DNA of 63,844 bases, filler included. It is 11 parts of 11 records of this genome, joined end to end, with 100 filler letters (N's around TTAATTAATTAA, not from the genome) between each part and the next. Parts side by side here need not be neighbours in the genome. Positions count along the whole stretch, not along the records: positions 9,871 to 15,197 come from SRR15195285_1423; positions 15,298 to 19,965 come from SRR15195285_1424; positions 20,066 to 32,350 come from SRR15195285_1426; 8 more parts are not named here. One strand, given 5' to 3'. Below the pieces are notes generated by a model. That model worked only from the letters and a program-made list of their open reading frames with translations, was not told the DNA's origin and did not search any database. A program made the position numbers and the translations under genes. The first letter of the stretch is position 1, and each line of letters opens with the position of its first letter. Of this stretch, positions 12,490-24,500 are shown one piece after another.

Positions 12490-15138
12490 TCATTTGGCTG
12501 CGAGTGCGTCAACTTTCTTGTTAAGCTGTTCCAACGTGTTCTTGATGGACACCAGATCGCTTCCCTCCTTCTTCTCTTCGGCAAGTACCTCGCGCACGAT
12601 TGCTTTAAGGTCATGTGATACTTTGTCAATCGTCTTCGTGACCACCTATGGGTGAAGACAAATAAAAAGAGAGGGTGGGTTGGGGGGGGGGGGACGTCAT
12701 CCGAAACGCAGTTCTAGAGTCAGTCCATATGTGCACAGAAGGTACTAGGAGCATAGACAGTGTTGTGGTTTGCAGGGTGCGCACCGTCGTGATCATGGCA
12801 GCCTCACTGGTATTAATATCCGAATTATCAGTGATTGCATTGCCAACTTCATCGAAAATGATCCCCTCCTCACGCAGTTTTTCGATTGCTTTTGCGTGGA
12901 TGCGCTCCTGCCTTCGCATCGCCAGAGGCTTCAAGCATTCAATCGCCGCGTCTGGAAGGGAATTAATTGCGTCGCGATTCAGCATGAGCAGATTACAATC
13001 AGTGGCAGCAAAAGCAGAATAATTGCGTGAATATTTCGCATCGTCGTCAATATATAGCAGACATGATTCTCCGAAGCAGTCACCCTTCAGAAGTCGGGCG
13101 GTTTTCGGGGGCTTTGTAGGGTCTTTGGGATCCTTCTGCGTGATGTCGACCATACCTTCTTGGACAATATATATGGACCGATCGTCATCGACACCCTCTT
13201 CAAATATCACTCCTTCCTCTCGGTTTTTCGCCTCGTCGTACGCGACCTTCTTCTGGAAGAATCTGATGCAACCAACACAGCCCTTGTTGCTCGCAGCTTC
13301 ACTGCTGTACGTATGATGTGCATACATGTGCAACGGCCGGAGTGCCAATGCCACCTCTACTTGCGTGAAATACGGCAGCGTATGGAGACGCAGCATTTGC
13401 CAGCATTGCATGTCGAAAACAGCTTTGTCACTTGTGAACATATGTTCAATAAGTGGCTTGACCATCTGATGCGGTAGTTCCCGCAGAATTTCACGTTCGT
13501 CCAACCCTGTCTCGCTTCCTTCGGTGTACAGGGTTCGATAGTACTCGTAAATGTCGCGGCGAAGGTGAACCGGGACAGCCCGCAGCTGCAGCCACTCAGA
13601 AATCTCTGCCAGCCGCGACTTTTTGTTGGACTCGAGTGGGCTAGCCGAGGCGATGATATTCGACAAACTGCCAATGATGATACCAAACATGAAGCCGCCG
13701 ATCAGCATCGCAGCGATGCAGTAGATCTGCTCGGCTCTTGTCGCGGCAGAGATGTCACCATACCCAACGGTCGTCATAGTGGTCATACCCCAGTACAATG
13801 ACATGAGGTACTGATCAAACGTGTTCTCGTCCTTCATACCCTTGCTTGATATCCAGCCTTCTGTGCGGACGCAGCTTTCGCTTCCGTCTGGGGTGCAGTC
13901 GCTGTGCAGTTCGTCCTCGCCAACGAGAAACCAGAAGCAGCATAGAATATGGCCCACTGCGGCAACACACGAACCGTGAGAGCAGGCTGGAGGGCACACG
14001 CTGAAACGACGACAAAATTGCTGTGGGCGCCCACCCAAAAAAATCCCTGCGGTCAGCTTGAAGACTTGAAACGAGTTTCCGGCCGTGCTGTGAAGCACAC
14101 CGAGCACTTGCTCGTAGCGCTCGAGAATGCGTCTGACCCTTACCAACCGCATCAACTTCAGCAGCTTCGTGAACCGCAGCAGGCGAGCAGTTTTGTTCAC
14201 TCGCAGAACAGAGGTAGCGCTGTCCGATCCTGCGACAGGCGACTGAGTCAAGTTCGGGCGACCAGACCAGCCTGGCGAGCGAGCGCATGAACCCGCGCAC
14301 CATCTGTGATAAGAGGGACGTAGTTGATCGGCAGTGACGCTACGAAGTCAACGATGAACCAGGTCTTCAGGTAGTGCTTGGTCACCTTCTTCCGTGACCA
14401 CTCCAGTTCGCCGTCCGAGTGGCGGATGTAAGCGGTATTGAAGCAGAGAATGATGTCCGCCGCGAAGTAGACGTCGACGACAATGTCTGTAATGAAATCC
14501 CATGCCCAAGGACTTGCTGGGCTGTCAAAGCACACGCGGAACGGCACAAAAATCGCGATGTAGAGCAGGAGGACGAGCTGGAGGCCGTCCCATGTGCGGC
14601 GGAACTGGCTCAGCGGGTCCAGCTTGACGCTGTGTGGTTCCAGGGTTGTGTCATTCGGCAGGTGCGGACTAACTGGGCTGTGGCAGAACGTCTCCGGTTG
14701 CTCGACGAGCTCCTGCGTCGCGGGGCGCTCCACCACCTCGTGTTCGAACCACTCGCTTTCGAGCGTCCTGCGCAGATTGTGCAGGCCCTCGGACGCCGAG
14801 AGCACACCCGCCTGCCCCGCATGGCGTGCGCAGCTACAGTGAGCTGATTGCTTGACCCGCAGCAGCGGCAGTACATGTGAGCGAGAGAAGCACTCACGAG
14901 CTGCCGGATGGCCTGGCCGGCCAGGGCAAAGCGCTTCTTCGGCGCGTGTTCGCCGGCCTCTTCCTTCAGCTGCCGGTAGATCTGGGCCGCGATGTGCTGG
15001 GCGTGCTCGGTCTTGCGCCGTGCCTGCGCCGTGCCGTGCGGCGTGCGGCGGCGAATTGAAGCTCAGCGAACTTTGCGTAGCGCAGTGCTCAGGAATTTGC
15101 GGGGCGGCTGCAGCACGCGCTCCGTCCACTCCCACCAC
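12490..15138 (-). CDS. Voltage-gated K+ channel with cyclic-nucleotide-binding domain (KCNH/HCN/CNG-like); multi-exon, 5' end uncertain
   Basis: YLKTWFIVDFVASLP, S4 RLLRFTKLLKLMRLVRVRR, pore TMTTVGYGD, C-linker and GDCFGE cNMP motif. Introns at 14230-14300 and about 13957-14034; the last exon ends KVDALAAK* at 12490. Confidence 0.9.
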
Positions 15139-16124
15139 ACAAACCGCGCGGCCGCAAGCACAACCACGCAGCAGCAGCAGCAGCAGCAGCGGCGGCGNNN
15201 NNNNNNNNNNNNNNNNNNNNNNNNNNNNNNNNNNNNNNNNNTTAATTAATTAANNNNNNNNNNNNNNNNNNNNNNNNNNNNNNNNNNNNNNNNNNNNATT
15301 CTCGTGCCTCTTCCTCCTGCTCCGAAAAAGCCGTGTCACTCGGGTCGAAATCCCGAAAAGCGCCCCCGAATTAGTGAGTGAAATTTATCAAAAGTAGGGG
15401 ATTCCTGGATTTCTTACTGGAAAATGGTACCATTTCTCCATACCGGTACTAGCGGAATAGTACCAGTTGTTCATCAGTAGGTACTGTAGGTCTGTTCATT
15501 AGACCTACTAGTATGATCCCAACTCGTGGTACGCGTGGTACATGTGTACACACTATGGTAGGAATGAGAATCGACCTGCTGGCTGAATGCGCTCGATGCT
15601 GGCTGGGCACGGGAGAAATCGAAGAAAGAGCTCAGCCAGCGGGCAGCCCGAGGAACCTGCTTTCTGTCCCGCGGCTGGCGAAGAGAACGCATCAATCTCG
15701 CAACGCATCAATCTCCATTTACTTCAAGTTTACGCTGAATACCAACATATGCAATATCTCCTGTGTGTATTCAGCCGGAACGGCGAATCTTCCTCATGAC
15801 TACCCATAGGCAGTTGGAACGAAAAATCACGGAGCAGAGTCACCTCATCAGTCACTTATCTGACTTCTCTCGACGAGTTTTACATACAGAAACAGAGCCA
15901 CCCGTCGCAGATAGCTACGAGATTGTACGGCTCCGTCACACTGCCAACAGACGTCGGCGCGGCGTTGGTCCATTCAGTTGGCTGGGGAGAGCGGTCGCCC
16001 TGTTTCTTGGCGGCGCAGTTGGGTACGATCGTGCAGACAGGCGAGCGGGCAGTGTGGTGGACGCAGGGAACGGGGTGCGCTGCGAGAGAGTGCACAGTCG
16101 GCTTTTCACTGCTGCTGCTGCAGG

Positions 16125-19100
16125 ATGGGGCGGAAGGGTCGCTCGGCGGTGGTGACGATGGTGGTGGGGCGGCCGGATGATGCGGGGATGACTCTGCTGC
16201 GCTCGAAGGTCGGGCGTGGTGCTGGAGGGGATAGCGTGCTGGACGTTGGCGTCAAGGACGGCGAGCAGGTGAGGAGGAGGAGGAAGAAGAGCTCCTTACC
16301 ACCCACTAGTTGCTGCGGTTTTAGCCATGGTTTTAGCTGGGTTCTTGGTTGCGCGAGTGCCTTTTGGCTGCCAGTCATTGTTGCGTCCGTTGAATGTTGC
16401 TGTTCCGCCATGCTAATGGGAATGATGGTGAGCAGGTGACGCTCTTGAAGCGCATGGGGATGTGGGCCTTCGTGCGGAGTGCGGATGGTGATGCAGAAGA
16501 TGTGGAGGGCTGGCTGCTGCACGAATACCTGCATGAGCTCAGCGACAAGGAGAAAGGCGACGACGACACGCTCGAGCAGCCCGCTGCAGCGACTGAGGTT
16601 GCAGCAAGCCCACTGGATGCTTCGGGAGGTGACGAGGGCGACGAGGGCGTCAAGCACAGTGACGAGAGTAGCAACACCCCTACTAAGGGCGAGGACACAA
16701 GAGCGCCACGTGACGGCGATGCCGATGCCGATGGCGATGGCGAAGACGGAGAGACGCGATATGTCAAAGGTCCGGGGCTGGAGTCTGTCCAGGGCCGCTG
16801 GGCACAGCTCGTGATCCACTGCGCTCGTGCGCTAAAGCGGAGCGCGAAGAACCTACCGGTGTACGTATCGGAACCAGCGATCAAGCTGCAGCTTGCAGTA
16901 CTCGGTGACGACGCCGTGGGCAAGATCTTGGCACTTGGTGGGGCGTCGAAAGAGCGCGAGCTGACCGAGGAGGAAAGCAAGTACGTCGTGGAGACACTCG
17001 CGAAGGGGATCAAGCACTCGTCTTTGTCAAGTCAGAACGGCGCAAAAGCAGCGCTCAACGCGGTGAAATACATTGCCGGAGCATCACGAGTCGCCGGATC
17101 GAGCGGCGGCCCAAGGAAGCCCAAGAAGCCCAAGGGCCCGACCGTCTCAATGTCTTGTTCGGCCGGAGCCGCCGCAGCCGCAGAGGGCGTCGCGGAAAAT
17201 CTTTCGGCAAAATTCCTGCAGAACGTCCATAATACTACCGATGACGCTAGCGATGCAGACGCAACCATCGATCCGGCCGATGAACCCGCTCTCGGCTGGT
17301 TGACAGGCAGGACCATCACGCGTCCTCCTAGGACAGCTCGCGCAGACGAAAAGTGGGACATCGACGACGTCATCGAAAAGCCCTCGTTCGACGATATCAA
17401 TTCCGCGCTCGACAGTGTCACAATTCCCGTGAACCTCACCCGCTTCAACGTCAAGAAGAGCCAAGACCAGGAAGTCACTGGCATGTGCCTGGGTGTCGTG
17501 AATGCGCGGTCGAACGGTGTAGTTGCCTCGTCATTTGGTCGCAATCGACCGAACCTAACGAAGACGCTCGTGAACTTCGCAAAGCTCGCAGTGCCGGAGT
17601 TCAATTTCACCAGCATTCAGGTCAACAAGAACTACCTATCAGCCATGCACGTGGACAAGAACAACCTGGGACCAAGCTACATTGTGGGTGTTGGAGACTA
17701 CACACAAGGCGGACTATGGGTACAGACGCTGGGGGCAGTGGACTGCAATCGAAAGTGGATTTTGTTCGACGGCAACGTTCCGCACTGTACACTTCCTTAC
17801 ACTGGCACTCGGTACACGCTGATATATTTTTCTCAACAGAGCTTCTCGCGTCTTGGCGCATATCGGCCGCACGGGGACGACAAGCAATGGATGGCGCAGT
17901 GTGGTTTTCCAATGCCGCCGAAGAACGCAAGGAAGCTCGAATACGAACCCGCCGTGTTGCGGCTCAAGAACGCGAAGGCGGCGTTCAGGAAATGGCAGGA
18001 TTGTGTCGAGAAGGGGATAGACTTCGATTGGAATGATCAAGAAGTCAAAACTTGGGAACGGCCAGAGGACGACGTGCAAGAGCGCCGCACTCCAACGAAA
18101 CGCAGTGCTGGGCGCAGCAAGATCTCCGCTGACCTGTGGTCCGACTCTGACTCTGACGAAGAGGTTGACGAGGAAATCGGCACAGGGTGGACGTGGTACA
18201 TTAAAGGACGTAGTGCCGAGCCATTTGCTGGTAAGCCAATCCCGTCGAACTTCGTGAAAAGGCTCGGTCGAAGTGGTGGAGGGCGCCAGCTAGCCACCAA
18301 TTTGCTGCGCCAAGAATTGGGTCTTATCCCAGCCCTGCGGGAACGCAAGCGCGTTCGCCGGTACATGGACGATCACACAGATGATGATATGGACGATTTC
18401 TCTGCTGAAGAAGATGAGAAAAGCTTTGGAGACACATCACGCAACAAGCATGGCACCCGCCGACGCCGACGCCGCCGCCGTGAACGCAACAACGAACCGC
18501 CAAGCTGGATGAAGGGTGTGGTCGCCAACCAGGTGCGGGGGCACGCAGCGAAGGAGGACGAGACCCCTGCCGAAATTGCAGAAGCACTGAACGTCGACGT
18601 TCGCCAACTTGTCTACCTGTCGAAGGAGTGGTACCCATCGATCCACGCGAACTGCAAGCTACTCGTTGGGACTCTGGTGTTGATTCCAGATACACCAGGA
18701 GCGCGGCCAGGCAACTATGTTTTCCCGGCCGAAGAATTGCCAGAGGAAGACATTGACGAACTCGAGCCGGTGGGCACTTGGTACCAGCGTCGAATTGTCG
18801 ATAAGCACACACCTGCGTTGTCTCGCTCTGAGTTACGGCAGCTGGCAGTGAGCGCAGGAGTCGTCAGTTACAAATGGGCGGACAAGGCATTGAAGTTGAG
18901 CAAGCGGCGCCGGGCAGCTGCTGCTCGCAAGCACGAGGCAAAGCTCTCGTCACTCGAGCCAGCCCTGGTCAGCTACTACAGTGGTCCAGAGACGGGTTCA
19001 GGGATGAAAGGTCCTCAGATTGCCTCATTCTACTCCCGCAAAGCACTGGCGAAGCGCAAAGGAGTCCCAATGTCCGCCCTACAGCCGGCCAAACGCCCAA

Positions 19101-19804
19101 AAGTAGAGAAGAAGACAACGAAGAAACAAAAGCCTGGGCCGGCGCGCCCCATCAACGCTTACGTCCTATTCTTAAAGAGTTCTCGCGCCGATATTGCTGT
19201 GGCAAATCCAGGCGTGGGTGCCGGTGAGATCACGAAGATTTGCGTTGCCAGGTGGAAAGCTATGTCGAAGGAAGAAAGGGCTCCGTTTGACGAAGAGGCT
19301 GCAGCTGACAGTCTCCGCTACGCGAGCGAAATGGAGCAATGGCGAAAGGACCATCCAATCGAGACGAAGAAAACAATGCACGGAAGTGAGCCTGCAGTGT
19401 CGCAGCCAGAGAACACTGATACATCTGAAAACAGTGCAGATGGGGATGCAGAGGCACCAACAGACAGCACCAGGGCTCGCCTATCGTCAATGAAGGTCAA
19501 ATTGCGACGACTAAAAGAAAAAGCTCCTGAAGGTTGGAGTATAGAGTTAGACGAGGAACGAAACGAGTACTATTTTTGGCATGAAGAAACCCAGACTAGC
19601 ACGTGGACACATCCAGTGACGGGGCTATTTCCAGACGGAAGTGAGCCTGCACAGCCAGAGGACGCTGATAACTCTGAAAGCAGTGCAGATGAAGATGCAC
19701 GGGCGGACCCCATGGACGTTGACGAATCTGTTGCTGAAAGCAGCACACCGATGGTGGCAGCAGCACCGTCCCCGGCTCCACCCGCTGAGCTCACCTGGTC
19801 GTAA
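16125..19804 (+). CDS. Multidomain chromatin-type protein: SH3-like, TET/JBP-like 2OG-Fe(II) dioxygenase, LysM-like, HMG box, WW; intron 16269-16435
   Basis: Dioxygenase FTSIQVNKN..MHVD..PH..RYTLIYF (about 17400-17840). LysM-like ETPAEIAEALNVDV..GTLVLIP (18542-18690). HMG PARPINAYVLF..WKAMSKEERAPF (19133-19350). WW PEGW..YYFWH..STWTHP (19523-19615). An in-frame GT-AG intron with a CTAAT branch site adds the upstream exon. Confidence 0.8.
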
Positions 19805-20192
19805 TAAGCTGCGTGTGAGGTAGACCAGAAAAAAGAACATCGGATTCGGGCTGGTTGGGAGCGAGAACTCGATCTTAGTCCGCGTTCGTAGGTACCTATC
19901 GACCCGGACCAACCGCGTGGTGTGCGTAGAAAGAACAGCAGCAGTAGCAGCAGCAGCAGCAGCAGNNNNNNNNNNNNNNNNNNNNNNNNNNNNNNNNNNN
20001 NNNNNNNNNTTAATTAATTAANNNNNNNNNNNNNNNNNNNNNNNNNNNNNNNNNNNNNNNNNNNNATCCTGGCATGGGCAGACGCCACGCGCAGCGGTGG
20101 CGCGTTAGGCGCGAGCGTCGCCGGGCGCGGCGGGACGACCGATGCGAAGCCGATTCGGGCCGCGCGCGGCGGGGCGCGCGTACGCCCGATCG

Positions 20193-21462
20193 ATGCGCGA
20201 AGAGGTCTACGAGGTGCATCAGATCGTGGGCAAGCGGAGCACTCCGACGGGCGGAGTCGAGTACCGCATCCGCTGGCTTGGCTACAGCAAGGACGAAGAT
20301 ACATGTGCGTCGGAGCTCGCTCGCACCGCGCCGTTCGTGTGTCGCTCGCCCCCCTCTATCTGCCACGACTCGGAGTCACTAGCATTTCGATATGACTGAT
20401 ATATACCCGCAATGCGACGCGCTGTCGGCCTTAGGGGAGCCCATTGCTCATCTGAATGACGCACAGCGCTTACTCAAGGACTTTGAGAAGCGCTGCGCCG
20501 GTGGGGACGACGGCCTGGGCGTGACGCGCCCGGAGAAGCGTGGGCGTGACGGCGCCCTGCAGCTTGAGGTCGGGACGCATGCCGTGGCGACAAGCAACAG
20601 CGGCGGATCAACCGACGTAGGTGTTGTGACGAAAGTCAGCAATGGCTACTATCACGTCAGATTTGTCAATGGCCAACGCTGTTTGCGGCGGCACCAGCTC
20701 TCTGCGCTCGTGGAGCCAGAGAGGAAACGTCCACGCAGCGCGGAGCCTGCCTCGTCGTGCGCAGACAGCAGCTTCACCGGCATGATAGGGCGCACGGTCT
20801 TTTTGACAGACAGTCGAGCGGGTCTTTGTGAGTCGTTGCAGGGTGGTATCTTGACAGTGAATTTGTACACGTCAAGCGCGCGTGTGGCGCGTGTGAGCAT
20901 TCCGTCTTCACAGATCGACCTGGAGCGTACACAGACGCACGCCGCTGCCAGCACTCGGCCTTCTGTACCCAACGAGATGATGCAAACTAGCGATGTTGGC
21001 AAGTTTGGCCGCCTGCTCAAACGTCAGGCAACAAACCCTTCATACAGTGCGGGCAAGCCCGTTGTTGGCCACTCAACGAAAAAGCCACCCACACGACCGC
21101 CCGACAAATCTGCCTCTGCTCTGCAGAGACTCGCGCCAGAAGCCCGGGCACTGCTGCTTGCAACAGCACAGCGCTTGGGCGCAAAGACAAGTATAGCTGG
21201 AGATACCAGTCTGCAGAGCTACCAGCTTACTAAGCTTGACGTTGAAGAGTTACGTACGATATCGGCTGCTCGGCACACAGATGGCTTTCTCTCTGCGCCA
21301 TCAGACCAGCAACGGGGCGTTTCTGCACCTGCACACGCTAATGCTGCGAACAGAGACCATACTGTGGAGCATCAGCTTTTCTCACGTCAGTCGATCCGGC
21401 AGGATCAGCATGAGCAAAACGCGTCAGGTAGTCAAGAGAAGAGTGCTCAAATGGATGCATAA
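20193..21462 (+). CDS. Chromodomain protein with KOW/Tudor-like segment; intron 20305-20434
   Basis: Splicing gives the canonical chromodomain YEVHQIVGKR..VEYRIRWLGYSKDEDT/WEPIAHL. Confidence 0.85.
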
Positions 21463-21522
21463 ATGGTAATTTATTGCACATGATTGCATTCCAGCGTATT
21501 CCATTTTGGCACACTGTAGTGG

Positions 21523-24500
21523 TCATGAAACAGCCATCATGGGGTTCAGCATAACCGTTCTACCTTCCTCCCCAGCATTTTCATTTTTGCCCACGCGCTC
21601 ACTCGTCTCTACAGCTATCCTATCAGTATCATCGGAGACTGAAGTACTTTTCTCGCCTATGGACGCGTCAGCTGCATTTCTCAGCAACGCTCGCTGATCT
21701 TCGGCGGTGCCTTGATGGGCGTCAGCCCACGCCTGCGCTTTAGTTCCAACAATTTCAGTGGGCTGTTTTTCGCCGAAGTTCAAGCTGTAGTTATCGGCTT
21801 CCCACAAAATGTAGTCTTCGAAGGTGAAGCCAGTGTCTGAGTCAGAACACATCTGAGGTCGTTTGGCGTCGTTCCAGTACCTGCCGACGTATTGCTTTGG
21901 TGACAACTTCGAGTCAACTAGTACCAAACCGTAATGTTTTTCCAGTAGCTTTGCTGCTGCGTTCTGGTCAAGTGGGGCACCGGGGCTTGAAGCAAACGCA
22001 TCGAACACCTCGCGGTAAGCAGCTTTCGTTTCCTCGCTAACATAATTGTCGTCTTCGTCACTATCATCGTCGAAGCCAACGTCACCCATGCCTGTTGCCG
22101 TGTGTGATCCCTGGGCATCCATGTCGTCAAGTACCTCCTCGTCCATAGCTGCGCTTAGTCCATATCCTTCTTCCTCTTCATCAGAGTCCATTGCTTCGCC
22201 CCGCTCCGCTGGGCTGAGTAACGAGTCTCCAATCGGAGAAGTCGGGTCGTCAGCATTCATCATAGGGTTGTTGTAGGACCTGCCAGACGTATTGCTCCCC
22301 TTTCTGGACAAGCAGATGCAGCCAGCATTCTTGCGCCGTGCTCGTCGTTCCGCCTTTGCGGCCTCCTCAGCCTGCTTCTTTTTCTTCTTCGCTTCTTCTT
22401 CTTTTCTTTCTTCGTCGCTCAAAGCTGCAACACGCTGGAGTTCTTTTTTGCGTGCCTCTTCCTGTTGTGCTAACAGAACAGGTTTTTCCTTCTTGACAGC
22501 TCGGAATAAAATTGCAAGCGACTCCAGCCTCATAGATGCTACACCAACCACCGCGGCACGATGTGCCTGCGGCAAGCGTCTCCAAAGGGAATTGGACGGG
22601 TATGTCTCGTAGCGATGGGCATTGGGATCAAACTCGTCTGGTTGCAGCGGTGGTTCTCCTCTAGCCGCACGCTGCTCGTTCTCCTCGTGCAACGCCTTCG
22701 CCGCCTCTTTCTTTACGCGCTTTGCTTCTGCCTTGACTTCTCGTCCTTTACCGTACAGCACTTCGTTTCGACGCGCACCATACCGATTGGCGTGATGCTT
22801 CGGCAGGATTTTGCCAAAAATCCATGCTGAGAGAGCTGACGAAATCATATTCAGAGCTACCTTGTGAAGGTCATGCTCGTACTCCTCGACTTGCTGCTGG
22901 TACATTAGTGAGTGCCGTTTCTCGTAGTGGAGAAGGCACAGGCGACGAAGAGTCTGCATGTAGTTAAGGCCGCGAATCTCGGATAAGTAGCAACCCACGT
23001 GTGCCTGAAGCGCTGCTTTCTGTCGCTTCTTGCCGCTGTTGCGGTTCATCGCGTACATCTCCAAGTTGAACAGCGTGTACAGCAGCCGCTCGCGATTCAA
23101 GTGATTAGAACCGAGAGATCCATGGCTGCTCAGCTCAACGAGCAAGAACCGGGCGCGAGAAAACGGCATTCCAAGCAGGGCTGGATTGTTCTGCACTCTT
23201 TCTACGTCCCGTTCATTTAGAGGTGGCATGGGCATTCGGTCTGGCCGGCTGACCTTCAGGTTCTCCAGCCAGTCACGATGCTGCAGTTCTTCCACCGAGT
23301 GTGAGTTCAGCTCTTTAAGCAAGGCATCATGGAATAACTGCTCCGATCCGTTCGCTTCCGCGCGCGCAAGGATCACGGCAACCAGCTCATCTTTCGATCT
23401 TCCGTCATGTACATCATGGGGGGTTCCAACGGACTGCAACCACTTTAGGGATGCAACCCATGTTGATTTCTGATCAGGGCTCAGGGCTCTGAAGCGGTAA
23501 ACCGACTCGTTCCGAGACTTCCCACCTGCAGAAGTTCGAGCAGATCGAGTGAACTGGAATTCAGAATCTCCCAGCATGGCTGCGTCTCTACCCGCCACCT
23601 TGTGCTCCTTGCCATCCTCCCAGTGGAGTTTCGAATGCACCTCCTTGATCTCCTCGGCATGGATGGTGTGTATGACCAACATGCCACGTCTCCCATTGTC
23701 CTCAAGCTCTGCCTCATCGTCGCACTCCTTGTAGTAGTGGACAGCAGGTTCTCTGTCGGGATCGTGCACAGATGGGATCGACAGCCACATCCATCGGCGC
23801 TCCCATTTGGGGAACATTGCATCACCCCCGCGCTTCCATAACCACCCTTCAATCCCGCAGCCGCCTTGCTTGAAGCTTGTGTTGTCGTTGAATTCGGCCA
23901 TGAAGTCAAATCTGGGCATGGACATGTTTGTCTGGAACACTATTTTGAAATGAATCTCTCCAACCTTAGGCCTGAAAGTCGCCGGTTCGCTGTCAGTCGG
24001 CGTTGGGCTTCGCGAGCCCTTCGGCGACTGCTTCCCTCGAGGCGACTTCGGACTCGACGCGCCTGATCGTGGACTGGTCAGCGCGTCCTTCTTAATTTGC
24101 TCGCGTTCCTCATCCGTTGCTTCGGCAATGGGCTTCCTGTCTCCTAGAAGAGCTAGCGTTATCATGTCAGGCATGAGCACTTCCACGTGTTTGGCAGCTT
24201 TTCTTGTCGAATAGAAGGCTCGACCAAGCTTTTTATCAGAAAGCTGGTCTACGACTTCAAACGCCAGAGATTTCTCTCGGCGGTCGACGGCCACATTGAA
24301 CTCCTCCCCGAACGAGGTAGTAGTGTTTGTGCCTTTGCCAGATGTTTTCGTCTTCACAGTGGTGTGGACCGCTTGAACTCGACCATGTGGCCTCGAATAC
24401 ACGCGTACATACGGTCTCATGTCTGCAAACTTCCCATCGCTGCCTAATGGCAAGCCGGTGATTCTGTCAATGATCACATGAGCGACGCCAAAGGGCCGCT

